DNA of 32,000 nucleotides from a virus, in IMG/VR virus record IMGVR_UViG_3300045988_053501, positions 15,325 to 47,324 of that record; one strand, written 5' to 3'. Below are positions 1 through 9,346 of the stretch, in pieces. Each line of letters opens with the position of its first letter. The stretch's first letter is position 1. A program made the translations under genes and the position numbers. The notes under the pieces were generated by a model. That model saw only the letters and a list, made by a program, of their open reading frames with translations. It ran no database searches and was not told the DNA's origin.

Positions 1-1
1 A

Positions 2-1960
2 GGACTAGCTGGTACATTGATTGCTTGTGCTAAGGCTATGCAAGAAGTAGATAAGAATGTTCCTTCAAACACAAAAGGACTTAAAAAGAAAATCCAAGGA
101 ATTATGGATGTTATTGATATGTTTGAAGGCGGAGGAACATTGTATTCTTGGTGGAGTCAAGTTATTAAAAGTTCTGAGTCTTTATGGAAAAACATGGAGA
201 CTTGGAATATTACTAGGATTCTAAAGAAACTTGTTACTATTGGAGAATCAATTTCAAAAGTTCAAGGAATGAGCATTGACGGTAGTTCTTTCAACGATCA
301 ATTCAAAGATATTCAAGAGGTAATCAAGAATATTAATGATTTTGAGTTCCCAACAGTCAGTACATCAAGTGCAACAAACATTGCAGATGCAAACAGTATC
401 ATTAAGAACTATACAACAATGGCTTCTAGCCTTTCTAAAATGTCTAGTATCAACGGAAGTTCAATTAACGTTGAGAATTGCACAAGCATTTTAAAGAATG
501 TAGCTAGTGTTGTTCAAGAAATGAAAAAGATTGTATTCCCTGATGTTACAAAGAGTATTAAATATAATTTAAACTCTACAAATGCTCAAGAGTTCCTAGA
601 TACATTGAAGATTTTGGAACAGATTGTTCCTGAATTTGGAAACTTGCAAGCAACGATTACAAACAATCCTTTACCAAATGCAGAGGATATTAAAAAGACA
701 ATCACTAGTATTTCTCAAGCAATTGGATACATTTCTGTTGCTGGTGTTGGAACAGGAAAAGACAAGAATATGCTGTCTTACAACTTGAGACAAATGCCTG
801 ATTCTAAGCTATTTAATAACGCACTAAAGGCGATTACAACTTTAGGAGATATAATCCTTAAATTTGGAACTTTAAACGTATATTCAACTAATTTCGACTT
901 TGAAACACTGAAAGCCAATATTAAGAGTATTGGAAATGCAGTGAATGAAATGGCAACAAACAAAGGATTAACTGAAAACCTAGAAAATATGGACACAGTT
1001 AATAAGACTGTTTCTAAGTTGAAAAAAACGTGTGAAAGCTTAAATTCTATTGTTGGATTAAATCTAGATTTCGTTAAGGTTGGAGAGGTCACAACAGGTA
1101 TTCAAACATTCCTGAACAATGTTAAAGGATTGAAAGTTGGAGAAGCTACTACAGATGTTGTTACAGAGGTAAACTCAATCGTTACTTCATTCCACAACAT
1201 GGCCACAACTTTATCAAACATGAAGTCTGAATTTAATACCTCTGGTATAGATATGGCCAATGGAATTATTGAAGGATTCAAAAGCATTGATATTGAAGGT
1301 TCATTTGGGACTAAGATTGATAATGCTAAAGCTTCATTGAAGAAGAAAAGCTTCAAATCAGTAGGTAAGAAGTTTGGAAAAGATGTTGTAAGTGGATTCA
1401 GTGAAGGTATCTCTAATATGTCTAGTTCAATCTCTAATCAGATTACTATGATGTATGGATATTCAACACGATTCACAGATTTAGGACAATACTTAGGAAG
1501 TGCATTTAAAAATGCGTTTAACAATCAATCAGGAAACATTAATACAGGCGGTACAACCACTCCTACAGTAAACAGAGGTAACGAATCAATAGGAAACAAT
1601 ATGAAGTTTGCTAAAGGTGGCCCAGTTTACTTAAAACGAGGTGGACAACCTATTGTTATGAAACCTAGTGGAACAGATACAGTGCCTGCTATGTTAACTC
1701 CTGGTGAGTATGTAATGAAACGTAGTGCAGTTAAGAAAGCAGGTCAAAGCTTCATGGATAAAGTAAATAACATGGATTTGAAAGGTGCGTTTAAAGAATT
1801 GTCTACTAGATATGGTTCTCAAGTTGGAAGTGTTGTTAATAAGAATGTGACTATCAACAATAATGATAATCGTGTTACGAATAACAGTATCGCTTTCAAC
1901 GAAGGAAACGAAAGAAGGCAGGCTATCAAAGCAGGTAGATGCTTGAGAGGTTTGGCATAA
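2..1960 (+). CDS. Tail tape measure protein, C-terminal part (5' end lies outside the window)
   Basis: The reading frame is open to the window edge. The sequence is long, Ser/Asn/Lys-rich and helical-looking. It ends with the block GTDTVPAMLTPGEYVMKRSAV, which is typical of siphovirus TMP C-termini, and distal-tail genes follow directly. Confidence 0.8.
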   Translation, partial: GLAGTLIACAKAMQEVDKNVPSNTKGLKKKIQGIMDVIDMFEGGGTLYSWWSQVIKSSESLWKNMETWNITRILKKLVTIGESISKVQGMSIDGSSFNDQFKDIQEVIKNINDFEFPTVSTSSATNIADANSIIKNYTTMASSLSKMSSINGSSINVENCTSILKNVASVVQEMKKIVFPDVTKSIKYNLNSTNAQEFLDTLKILEQIVPEFGNLQATITNNPLPNAEDIKKTITSISQAIGYISVAGVGTGKDKNMLSYNLRQMPDSKLFNNALKAITTLGDIILKFGTLNVYSTNFDFETLKANIKSIGNAVNEMATNKGLTENLENMDTVNKTVSKLKKTCESLNSIVGLNLDFVKVGEVTTGIQTFLNNVKGLKVGEATTDVVTEVNSIVTSFHNMATTLSNMKSEFNTSGIDMANGIIEGFKSIDIEGSFGTKIDNAKASLKKKSFKSVGKKFGKDVVSGFSEGISNMSSSISNQITMMYGYSTRFTDLGQYLGSAFKNAFNNQSGNINTGGTTTPTVNRGNESIGNNMKFAKGGPVYLKRGGQPIVMKPSGTDTVPAMLTPGEYVMKRSAVKKAGQSFMDKVNNMDLKGAFKELSTRYGSQVGSVVNKNVTINNNDNRVTNNSIAFNEGNERRQAIKAGRCLRGLA

Positions 1961-3036
1961 TGACTTGTTATAACTTAAACCCATTAAAAACATACGTTCA
2001 GTTCAATGATCTTGTAATAGACAGTGCGGAGGAGATTTCCTCTGCTTCTCTAAAGCAAGATACAAAGACTGCAACGCAAGAATATAGTTACGGACATGGT
2101 AGTTATGTTGCTTTCCAAAAGAATCAACAGTTTCTTACGGAAGGTGATTTGTCCTTAACATTGAATTTTAATTATGAACATTTTCATGATGAAGATAGAA
2201 GATTCCTACGTGACTATTTCAATTTGAATTTGCTTAAACCTGGAAGGTTATGGGCAATTCAAGATAACAAATTGATTTGGGCATGGGCCTATGTCACAGG
2301 ATTTAGTGAAGATTACAAAAAATACCAAGGTTATCTATCAATGGATATTGATTTTAAACTTTGGGAAGGTGTATGGCATATCGCAGATACAAAGAAAACA
2401 TTCTTAGTTCCTTATTCTGTATGCAATATCCTAGATTGTGAGGATTTCAGAGATGCTCAAGAGTGCATATCGTGTTGCGTTTCTTGCCCTCCTGATATGG
2501 AAACTTGCAATTCGTGTTTATGCGATTGTGGAGACATTACAGAGGAAACATCCTTATGTGTAATGGGAACTAAAGCATTGGAAGATTTTATGAATTGTGG
2601 CAATTCATACAAGATTGTCTACGATTGCATCAAAGGTGAACAGATTTTCGGTGATGATTTAATCAGAAATAAAATCTGTAAAAAAGATTATTGTGTTGAG
2701 TCAATTGCTGGAAGATTCTACAGTGGAACAGTATTAGATACAGATAAGGTAAAGTTGATTCTAGATGGTAAATTCCAAAACCCTGAAATTGAAATCAACG
2801 GAAACAAAATGATGATTTTAGGTGAATATGATGGAATTTTAACACTTGATTCAAGTTGGAACTTATACTTTACTGCGGATGGATGTTGTTCATCAGAGGA
2901 AGTAGATTTAGATAATCTAGTGATCGAAGATGAATTTGGATTCACAGTACATCATGGAATGAATAGATTAGTTGTCACAGGCTCATGTTGTAAGATGGCT
3001 TGTGTATATATAGATGTTGATGAACTTACAAATTAA
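1960..3036 (+). CDS. Distal tail protein (Dit)-like protein carrying a cysteine-rich insertion
   Basis: The ATG at 1960 overlaps the TMP stop (TAATG), which I prefer over the upstream ATG at 1939. The position immediately after the TMP fits a Dit. There are 15 Cys between nt 2421-2693, plus CC pairs near the C-terminus. Confidence 0.55.
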   Translation: MTCYNLNPLKTYVQFNDLVIDSAEEISSASLKQDTKTATQEYSYGHGSYVAFQKNQQFLTEGDLSLTLNFNYEHFHDEDRRFLRDYFNLNLLKPGRLWAIQDNKLIWAWAYVTGFSEDYKKYQGYLSMDIDFKLWEGVWHIADTKKTFLVPYSVCNILDCEDFRDAQECISCCVSCPPDMETCNSCLCDCGDITEETSLCVMGTKALEDFMNCGNSYKIVYDCIKGEQIFGDDLIRNKICKKDYCVESIAGRFYSGTVLDTDKVKLILDGKFQNPEIEINGNKMMILGEYDGILTLDSSWNLYFTADGCCSSEEVDLDNLVIEDEFGFTVHHGMNRLVVTGSCCKMACVYIDVDELTN

Positions 3037-3047
3037 GGAGGCTTGCA

Positions 3048-3893
3048 GTGGCAAATGTAAAAAGTTATTGCACTGCTTGTGGAAAGTTAAAAGATAGCAG
3101 TGCAGAGTTTATCCAAAATGGTGTTACAGATTCAATCTGTACGTCTTTAGGAAACGATACAGGCTTAAATCCTGAAAATGGCAATAATACGTGTACAGAC
3201 ATGGAAAATGCCAACGATTGCCTTACAAAAGGCTTGTATGACATCATAGATGGATTTGATTTGTGTGATTGGAAATTATTCATGAGTCAATATGCTAACA
3301 ATGATTACAACATGAAAGCAGCTATGATTTGTTGGATGTGTGGATTGCAAGACCAGTTGTATAATCTTCAACTTCAAAATTTGGCAATCGAAACACAATA
3401 TACCATTCAACAGTCCACACCTGGATTGAGTGTTGCAATTGACAGACAAGGCAATTTCAGATTCAATTATTCAGATTGGATTCATACAAGTGGATATACG
3501 AAAGTAGCGGACGGAGTTATTACGGGAAAAGTTGATTTCTGTATGAAACCTAACAAAGATAAGAGTGCTACATACAAATTCAATAGCGTTACATTGAAAC
3601 ACTACTCTTATAAAATGACTGGAGTTTCAGCAGATTCATATCCTACTGTTTCGATTCGTGTTCCTAATAGGAGTGGGTCGTTGGTATATCAGAAAATCAC
3701 AAATGCTTCTTTTGAAGAAGATATTAACAAAACAGTGGAATTAAGCATGAGTGGAACAGTAAAAGCTGGAGAAACAACAAATTGGTTGCAATTCCTTTCT
3801 ATTTATGTTGATTGGGTAGAAGATGATGAAATATCTCTACATACTCGTTTTGTAAATGATAACAAGGTGAATTTTGTTATCTGTAGAGATTAG
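3048..3893 (+). CDS. Tail-tip/baseplate structural protein, paralog A with an 8-Cys N-terminal domain
   Basis: GTG start 7 nt after AAGGAGG. The N-terminal ~100 aa align clearly with the next gene (CxxC...FIQxGVTDxIC...NNCTDM...NDCL...D.CD...MIC..CG). Confidence 0.7.
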   Translation: MANVKSYCTACGKLKDSSAEFIQNGVTDSICTSLGNDTGLNPENGNNTCTDMENANDCLTKGLYDIIDGFDLCDWKLFMSQYANNDYNMKAAMICWMCGLQDQLYNLQLQNLAIETQYTIQQSTPGLSVAIDRQGNFRFNYSDWIHTSGYTKVADGVITGKVDFCMKPNKDKSATYKFNSVTLKHYSYKMTGVSADSYPTVSIRVPNRSGSLVYQKITNASFEEDINKTVELSMSGTVKAGETTNWLQFLSIYVDWVEDDEISLHTRFVNDNKVNFVICRD

Positions 3894-3906
3894 GAGGTAC
3901 ACATAA

Positions 3907-4509
3907 ATGAATAAAGATGTTTGTTCTGCTTGCGATTCTTTAAAAGCTACAAGCAGTAATTTCATTCAAAAAGGTGTAACAGATACTATTTGTGCAAATC
4001 TTAAAGCAAACCAAGGTTTTGAAAATAAGGGCCACAATAACTGTACAGATATGCATGATATGAACGATTGTCTATTAGGCGGATTGTTGGAAAAGATTGA
4101 TACAATTGATGTTTGCGATACAAAAGAAGCTATCAGAGATTTGGAAAAGAATTTAATCAGTATCATGGATGTAATGATTTGTTCTGATTGCGGCCAATGG
4201 GAAGAAATCGAGAAACTATGGGCAGAAATTCAAAAGATTTGGAATGCTATCAGAGATTTACAAGGCAAAGTTGGAAAACTTGAAGGCAGTGTTGGTAATA
4301 TGTACAGTGCGGTTGAAAAGATTCTTATTAACCTTAAAAACAGTGGTGCATGGAAACAAACTGGAGATACTGTATTTGAAGGAAAATTCAATGATGGAAG
4401 AAGCATTGCAACAGGTAATATCAATATCTTTGGTGGTACTCCTGATGGAAACTCATACATCCGTACTAATAACGGAAGTTCTGAGAATGATTTGGCTGGT
4501 GGTGTTTAA
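3907..4509 (+). CDS. Tail-tip/baseplate structural protein, paralog B with an 8-Cys N-terminal domain and a coiled-coil C-terminal part
   Basis: RBS TAGGAGG. The N-domain is homologous to the 3048..3893 product. A heptad-like segment follows (EEIEKLWAEIQKIWNAIRDLQGKVGKLEGSV). Confidence 0.7.
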   Translation: MNKDVCSACDSLKATSSNFIQKGVTDTICANLKANQGFENKGHNNCTDMHDMNDCLLGGLLEKIDTIDVCDTKEAIRDLEKNLISIMDVMICSDCGQWEEIEKLWAEIQKIWNAIRDLQGKVGKLEGSVGNMYSAVEKILINLKNSGAWKQTGDTVFEGKFNDGRSIATGNINIFGGTPDGNSYIRTNNGSSENDLAGGV

Positions 4510-5225
4510 TGGCATGGCAAAACTTTCATGGAGCTTACGATAACACAGGGCCCTACGCAAACGTAGTATTAGGTGGAAATCCAGGCGATACCGCAGACTT
4601 TGGATTCCCACTTGCTATTGCCCATTCTAAAGGATATGGAAAAGGTATAAACTTTTCAGATGATGGAAACTATGGTGTTACGTTCACATTAGATTTAGTT
4701 GGGTATGGTGTAACGAATGCTAGTCAATATACAGGAAACGGAAAGTATGTACAGTATGGTGGGAGATATAACTATATTTTGATCATTAGCGTTTCTAACA
4801 ACAATAAAGCATCATGGAGAGAGATTTACAATCAAGTAATATTCTCTCATGCAGATACATGGCCATTAGCTTATTCATCAGGTTGGGAAACAGTAGCACA
4901 AAATAGTCAATGGAATGGTAAGCTACAACTTCCAACAGATACAACACACGTTAAAGTTGAATTAAGAGGTGAAGATGCTACATTCCCTTACGAGAATATA
5001 TATTCGATTCAACAGGTTATCCCTGATTTCAGACCATGGGCAGTAAGAAAAGGCGGTATATTCTATTCTTTGGATAGAGCTACAGGATGGTTTAAAAAGA
5101 GAGTTAAAGACTCTTGGGTAACTATTGGCAAGTACAGTGCCGATAAAGCAAATAAAGAAAACCAAGGTTCAAGTAGAATTAGAAAAAATGGTAAATGGGT
5201 AGGACAAGGCAAAATTGGTAGTTAG
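4509..5225 (+). CDS. Hypothetical tail/baseplate protein
   Basis: The ATG overlaps the preceding stop (TAATG), suggesting translational coupling. The ORF is 238 aa and sits inside the tail module. I recognised no motif. Confidence 0.6.
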   Translation: MAWQNFHGAYDNTGPYANVVLGGNPGDTADFGFPLAIAHSKGYGKGINFSDDGNYGVTFTLDLVGYGVTNASQYTGNGKYVQYGGRYNYILIISVSNNNKASWREIYNQVIFSHADTWPLAYSSGWETVAQNSQWNGKLQLPTDTTHVKVELRGEDATFPYENIYSIQQVIPDFRPWAVRKGGIFYSLDRATGWFKKRVKDSWVTIGKYSADKANKENQGSSRIRKNGKWVGQGKIGS

Positions 5226-5233
5226 GAGTAAAT

Positions 5234-7525
5234 ATGATTCCTTACTTTGAAATATTAGAATTTGGAAAAGTTAAGAAAAGATTCAGAGAGACTTTAAGCA
5301 CAATCAGTTTTTCAAATGAGTTGATGACAGTACCTGAAATGCAAATCACAATTCCTAACGAATACTACGATTTAATCTCAGGAAGAAAAGAAATGCGAGT
5401 AATCATGGATTGTGGAGTTTTCTATGGAATGATTACCGACTACAAACCCTCTGTAAGTGGTTTAAACATATCTCTAACGCACGTAATTAACGAATGGACA
5501 TATAGACAAGTTCCAACGAATTATGCGGTTAAAAACGCTCTTATAAAGAACGTATACGAAAGCGAAGATATGTATTATTCAACTCAGTGGAAGATGAATT
5601 TTGAAACAGAGATTGATAATGAAAAGATTGACTACGTTTATTCTAGACAATCTAAATTAGATGCACTTACTAAAACTTGCGAATTGACACCATCTGTTTA
5701 TTGGAGAGTTCCATTTACAAATGATAAGCAAGTTGAAGTTGGATATTTTGGAAAGAAGCAGCCTGTTATGCTTTCCAATAAGCCAACATTAGGAAGAAAC
5801 TACAGAATCATTGGTGAGCCAACAATGGGGACCGATTTTTCAGATGTTATTAATCTAGCTACTGTTTATGCCAATAAATCTGATAGTGGTATGTCATCTT
5901 TATCATTGAGAGAAGTATATAACGATAAAAGCTTGCAGAACCCTAAATTCCCTGTAGTTATTTTGAGATCAAACATAAATAACGAGCGTGATTATGAATA
6001 TGTAGACTTTCCTAAATTAGCTCCTAACAATCAATTGGAGTACTCGATTATTGATACAGAGTCGGTTGGATATGAAAGCGGTGTATTCATTGAAGGAACA
6101 TTTGCTTTTGATGATTTATCGCCATTCAGTCTAGAGGATATGACAAAAGACTCTAAGGATTATAAATGGGTCATTCCTAAAGAACAGAGATATTTAACTG
6201 ATACAGAGGAAATAAACAATGCTAAAGCTTTATGGCACTCTTTAAAAGGCATTTGGAGTAAATCTGCTATTGCAGCTTTATGTGGTTCATGTCATGTGGA
6301 ATCAACATTAAATCCTAACTTGTATCAAATGGGTGATGTTCCTGATTCTCAAAAAGGATTTGGTCTTGTTCAGTGGACTCCATATACAAGAATTACCAAT
6401 TGGCTTGGTTCTCATGGATATTCAAGCTACACGATGTATGGAAAAGGGGAAGTAGCTAAGTTGGTTGAAGAATGGTCAACAAATGCTACAAATGGCCCTT
6501 GGATTCCAACTTCTTCTTATAACATCACATTCCAACAATGGTCACACATGGAAGCCGATATGAATTACATGGTAATGGCTTTTATGGCAGATTATGAACG
6601 TGGTGATACATCTATTGATTTACAGTATCAAAAGCGTATTGAATTTGCTCAACGTATTTATGGTTTGATTCCTGAGTGGGAACAAGATGATAACGGAACT
6701 ACAACCGATACAGATAAAACACAATCTCGTCCTTGGAACGCCCAGAATTTTATCAATACATGGAATGGTCAATCTATAGACATGGATGGTGTGCCAATTG
6801 AACAACCATATCAATGTGTAGATGCATGGAAGAAAGCATTGCAAACATTAAATTATCCCAACCCTACAAGAGCTATAGGCGGTGATGGATACGCAGATTA
6901 CATTTGGTATAACAGAGATGAATTAGGTTATTCTCAGTACTTTGATTATGTTAGTACACCTCAATTTGGCGATTGGTGCATATTCGGTAGAGGTGGTGAC
7001 ACACCTGCATCACACGTTGCAATGTATGTTTCAGATGTTGGCAATGGTAGAGCTAATTTCTTTGGCCAAAACCAACCTTATCCATATTGCAATACAACAA
7101 CAATCAGTACATCAAATATCATTGGTATTTTCAGAGTAAAGAGTGTTTATGTACAACAGAGCATTGACCCTGAGTCTACAAATGGAACAACTATCATTAC
7201 TGATAACGATAGAATTTATGCGGCCAAGGTTGTATATGATTGTGCCTGTAGAAAACTAATTAATGCAAGAAGAAAGTTTGCTATCAACGTTTCTTGTGAA
7301 GCATTACCTAAAGAAGTAAATGTAGGCGATAGAATCAGATTTATTTATGATCTCAATTTATTGCAATTGGGAAGTTGTAATAGATACATGAAACGTATTC
7401 TAAAACAAGACGATTGGTTCTATATCACAAGCCTACAAAGAGAAATAGATAAAACAGGAATTGAAATAGATACATTGACACTAGAGAAATTCCTTAGAAC
7501 AGATAGAGACGGAAAGAGTGAGTAG
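5234..7525 (+). CDS. Tail-associated lysin (Tal-like minor structural protein) with internal phage-tail-lysozyme and CHAP peptidase domains
   Basis: The N-terminus looks like a prophage-tail/minor-structural protein. NAKALWHSLKG...ALCGSCHVESTLNPN...GFGLVQWTP matches the phage tail tip lysozyme pattern. PYQCVDAWK...GDWCIFG...ASHVAMYVS gives the CHAP Cys/His. The C-terminus resembles the Gp37-like end of siphovirus tail proteins. Confidence 0.8.
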   Translation: MIPYFEILEFGKVKKRFRETLSTISFSNELMTVPEMQITIPNEYYDLISGRKEMRVIMDCGVFYGMITDYKPSVSGLNISLTHVINEWTYRQVPTNYAVKNALIKNVYESEDMYYSTQWKMNFETEIDNEKIDYVYSRQSKLDALTKTCELTPSVYWRVPFTNDKQVEVGYFGKKQPVMLSNKPTLGRNYRIIGEPTMGTDFSDVINLATVYANKSDSGMSSLSLREVYNDKSLQNPKFPVVILRSNINNERDYEYVDFPKLAPNNQLEYSIIDTESVGYESGVFIEGTFAFDDLSPFSLEDMTKDSKDYKWVIPKEQRYLTDTEEINNAKALWHSLKGIWSKSAIAALCGSCHVESTLNPNLYQMGDVPDSQKGFGLVQWTPYTRITNWLGSHGYSSYTMYGKGEVAKLVEEWSTNATNGPWIPTSSYNITFQQWSHMEADMNYMVMAFMADYERGDTSIDLQYQKRIEFAQRIYGLIPEWEQDDNGTTTDTDKTQSRPWNAQNFINTWNGQSIDMDGVPIEQPYQCVDAWKKALQTLNYPNPTRAIGGDGYADYIWYNRDELGYSQYFDYVSTPQFGDWCIFGRGGDTPASHVAMYVSDVGNGRANFFGQNQPYPYCNTTTISTSNIIGIFRVKSVYVQQSIDPESTNGTTIITDNDRIYAAKVVYDCACRKLINARRKFAINVSCEALPKEVNVGDRIRFIYDLNLLQLGSCNRYMKRILKQDDWFYITSLQREIDKTGIEIDTLTLEKFLRTDRDGKSE

Positions 7526-7527
7526 TT

Positions 7528-8022
7528 ATGGATATTAGTAAGGCGATAAATATATTAGCTGATAGTGTCTATGATTTGAAAGAAAAAGGAAGATACAATT
7601 CCATTCAACGTAGAAACCACACAGTTGACTTTTATGGGTATGAGTTCCCTAGATGGGGATGTTCAAGTTCTAAACCAGCGGTAATAGGAATGTCAATTTC
7701 TCAGGATTTGATTTATTATGAGCGTTTTGAGTTTAAACTAGTAATAGATAATTCTACTGCTACAAACTTTAATATCGAGATTGAAGGAATCGACATGACA
7801 CCATATTTCAAGCAGCAATTCAACGGAGCGTGGATTACAGGCAATGGACTATGGCCTGGGCAATACTCTAATTTTGATGTTCTTAAAGCTTGTGGTTATC
7901 TTTCAGAAAGCGATAGAAATAGAATACTAGACCCAGGATATAAGACAATCAAAGTAACGGGAAATGGTAATTTTGATTGTACGTTAGTAAATTATCTTAA
8001 ATATAGTCATGTCAACAGATAA
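7528..8022 (+). CDS. Hypothetical tail-module protein
   Basis: 164-aa ORF starting 2 nt after the previous stop. The function is not recognisable. Confidence 0.55.
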   Translation: MDISKAINILADSVYDLKEKGRYNSIQRRNHTVDFYGYEFPRWGCSSSKPAVIGMSISQDLIYYERFEFKLVIDNSTATNFNIEIEGIDMTPYFKQQFNGAWITGNGLWPGQYSNFDVLKACGYLSESDRNRILDPGYKTIKVTGNGNFDCTLVNYLKYSHVNR

Positions 8023-8031
8023 GAGGCATCT

Positions 8032-8211
8032 ATGAACAGATATGAGCAAAGGATTGAAAACCTATCAAATCATGTAAAACAAAATCCTAGAGATTGGCAG
8101 TCTGCCATATCGCTATTGAAATTGAACAGTCAACAAATTGACTTTAAAAGAAAACAAAAACAACAGTCTGCTAGATTGTCTATCAAAGCATACAAAAAGG
8201 AGGTTGTGTAG
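8032..8211 (+). CDS. Small hypothetical protein (59 aa, below the ORF-track cutoff)
   Basis: ATG at 8032 preceded by AAGAGG (8021-8026). It translates to MNRYEQRIENLSNHVKQNPRDWQSAISLLKLNSQQIDFKRKQKQQSARLSIKAYKKEVV. Its TAG abuts the ATG of the next gene and fills an otherwise unexplained 190-nt gap. Confidence 0.45.
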   Translation: MNRYEQRIENLSNHVKQNPRDWQSAISLLKLNSQQIDFKRKQKQQSARLSIKAYKKEVV

Positions 8212-8679
8212 ATGGAAAACAAATATAGCACTTCGGGAATTGGAGAAGATATTATCCGTAGTTTTACACAAATTGCAAGTGCAGAACTACACGCTAAAAC
8301 CTTATTAGAAAAACGTATTTCTGAGGTTGAAAATGGATTAATTAGTGAAGAAGAAATTCCTGATAATTTAGAAAAGATTGAAGCACTAAAGGATGAAATT
8401 GATGATTATGCCAACATCAGACGGTCTCAAATGCTTTATCTATACAATTCTTTTGGTAGTAAAGGGGATAGAGAACAGTGGTGTTTAGTTAAACATTTAA
8501 GTATGGCTATGTACACTGCATTTGAAGCATATCAAGCTTCTGATAGAGACCCCGAATTATTGAATATTGCTTTGGATATTAACAAGAAGTTTATTAAAGC
8601 TTGTACAAAATTCTTAGGTGTAGAAATTACTTCTTGTGCATCTTGTTTTGCAGACATTATGAAAGCTGGAGGAAAATAA
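8212..8679 (+). CDS. Hypothetical protein (helical, acidic)
   Basis: 155-aa ORF with RBS AAGGAGG upstream, placed in the tail module. Confidence 0.6.
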   Translation: MENKYSTSGIGEDIIRSFTQIASAELHAKTLLEKRISEVENGLISEEEIPDNLEKIEALKDEIDDYANIRRSQMLYLYNSFGSKGDREQWCLVKHLSMAMYTAFEAYQASDRDPELLNIALDINKKFIKACTKFLGVEITSCASCFADIMKAGGK

Positions 8680-8680
8680 T

Positions 8681-9343
8681 ATGCAACCTGTAGTATGTAA
8701 TAAAGATATGGCGGTATCGTTTCCTTTAAAAGATGGTGATTGCGAATTTTGGCTAGAAATCGTTGATTCTGTAGATGATATTACTAATCCAAGTAGAGAC
8801 CATGCGTATGTGGATTCAAAAGGATTGTTCTATATCTACAATGGAAAAGAAATTCAAGTAATCAATGACCATGCCAATTTGAAAATCAAATGGGGAAATA
8901 TGATTGGTGATATTTCTAATCAATTAGATTTAATGGCAATTCTAAATCAATTCGTAAAGACAATTTCTGTAAACGGAACAAACATTGCCAAAGACAACGA
9001 CAAAAACATTGCTATTCAAGTTCCTATCACAACTATTAAATTAGATGGAAACACGATTAGTCCTGTTGATTATATTGTAAATCTAGATTTAGCTAGTGTT
9101 TATGCAAAGAAAAATGAAATTCCTAAAAATGTATCTGAGCTTCAAAATGATGCTGGATATATTAAACAAGAAGTTGTAGATCAATTAGTTCCTATCAAAA
9201 CAATCAAAGTGAATGACGTGACGATACAACCTGATGAAAACCATGCAGTAAATATCGAAGCAATTCGTTATAAAGTTGGAACTGCCGACCCAAACACAAC
9301 AAATTGCCCTAACGGATATTTCTACTTTCAAATAGGAGACTAA
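8681..9343 (+). CDS. Hypothetical tail fibre/baseplate-associated protein
   Basis: 220-aa ORF with RBS GGAGGA, located between the Tal and the fibre genes. Confidence 0.55.
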   Translation: MQPVVCNKDMAVSFPLKDGDCEFWLEIVDSVDDITNPSRDHAYVDSKGLFYIYNGKEIQVINDHANLKIKWGNMIGDISNQLDLMAILNQFVKTISVNGTNIAKDNDKNIAIQVPITTIKLDGNTISPVDYIVNLDLASVYAKKNEIPKNVSELQNDAGYIKQEVVDQLVPIKTIKVNDVTIQPDENHAVNIEAIRYKVGTADPNTTNCPNGYFYFQIGD

Positions 9344-9346
9344 TCC

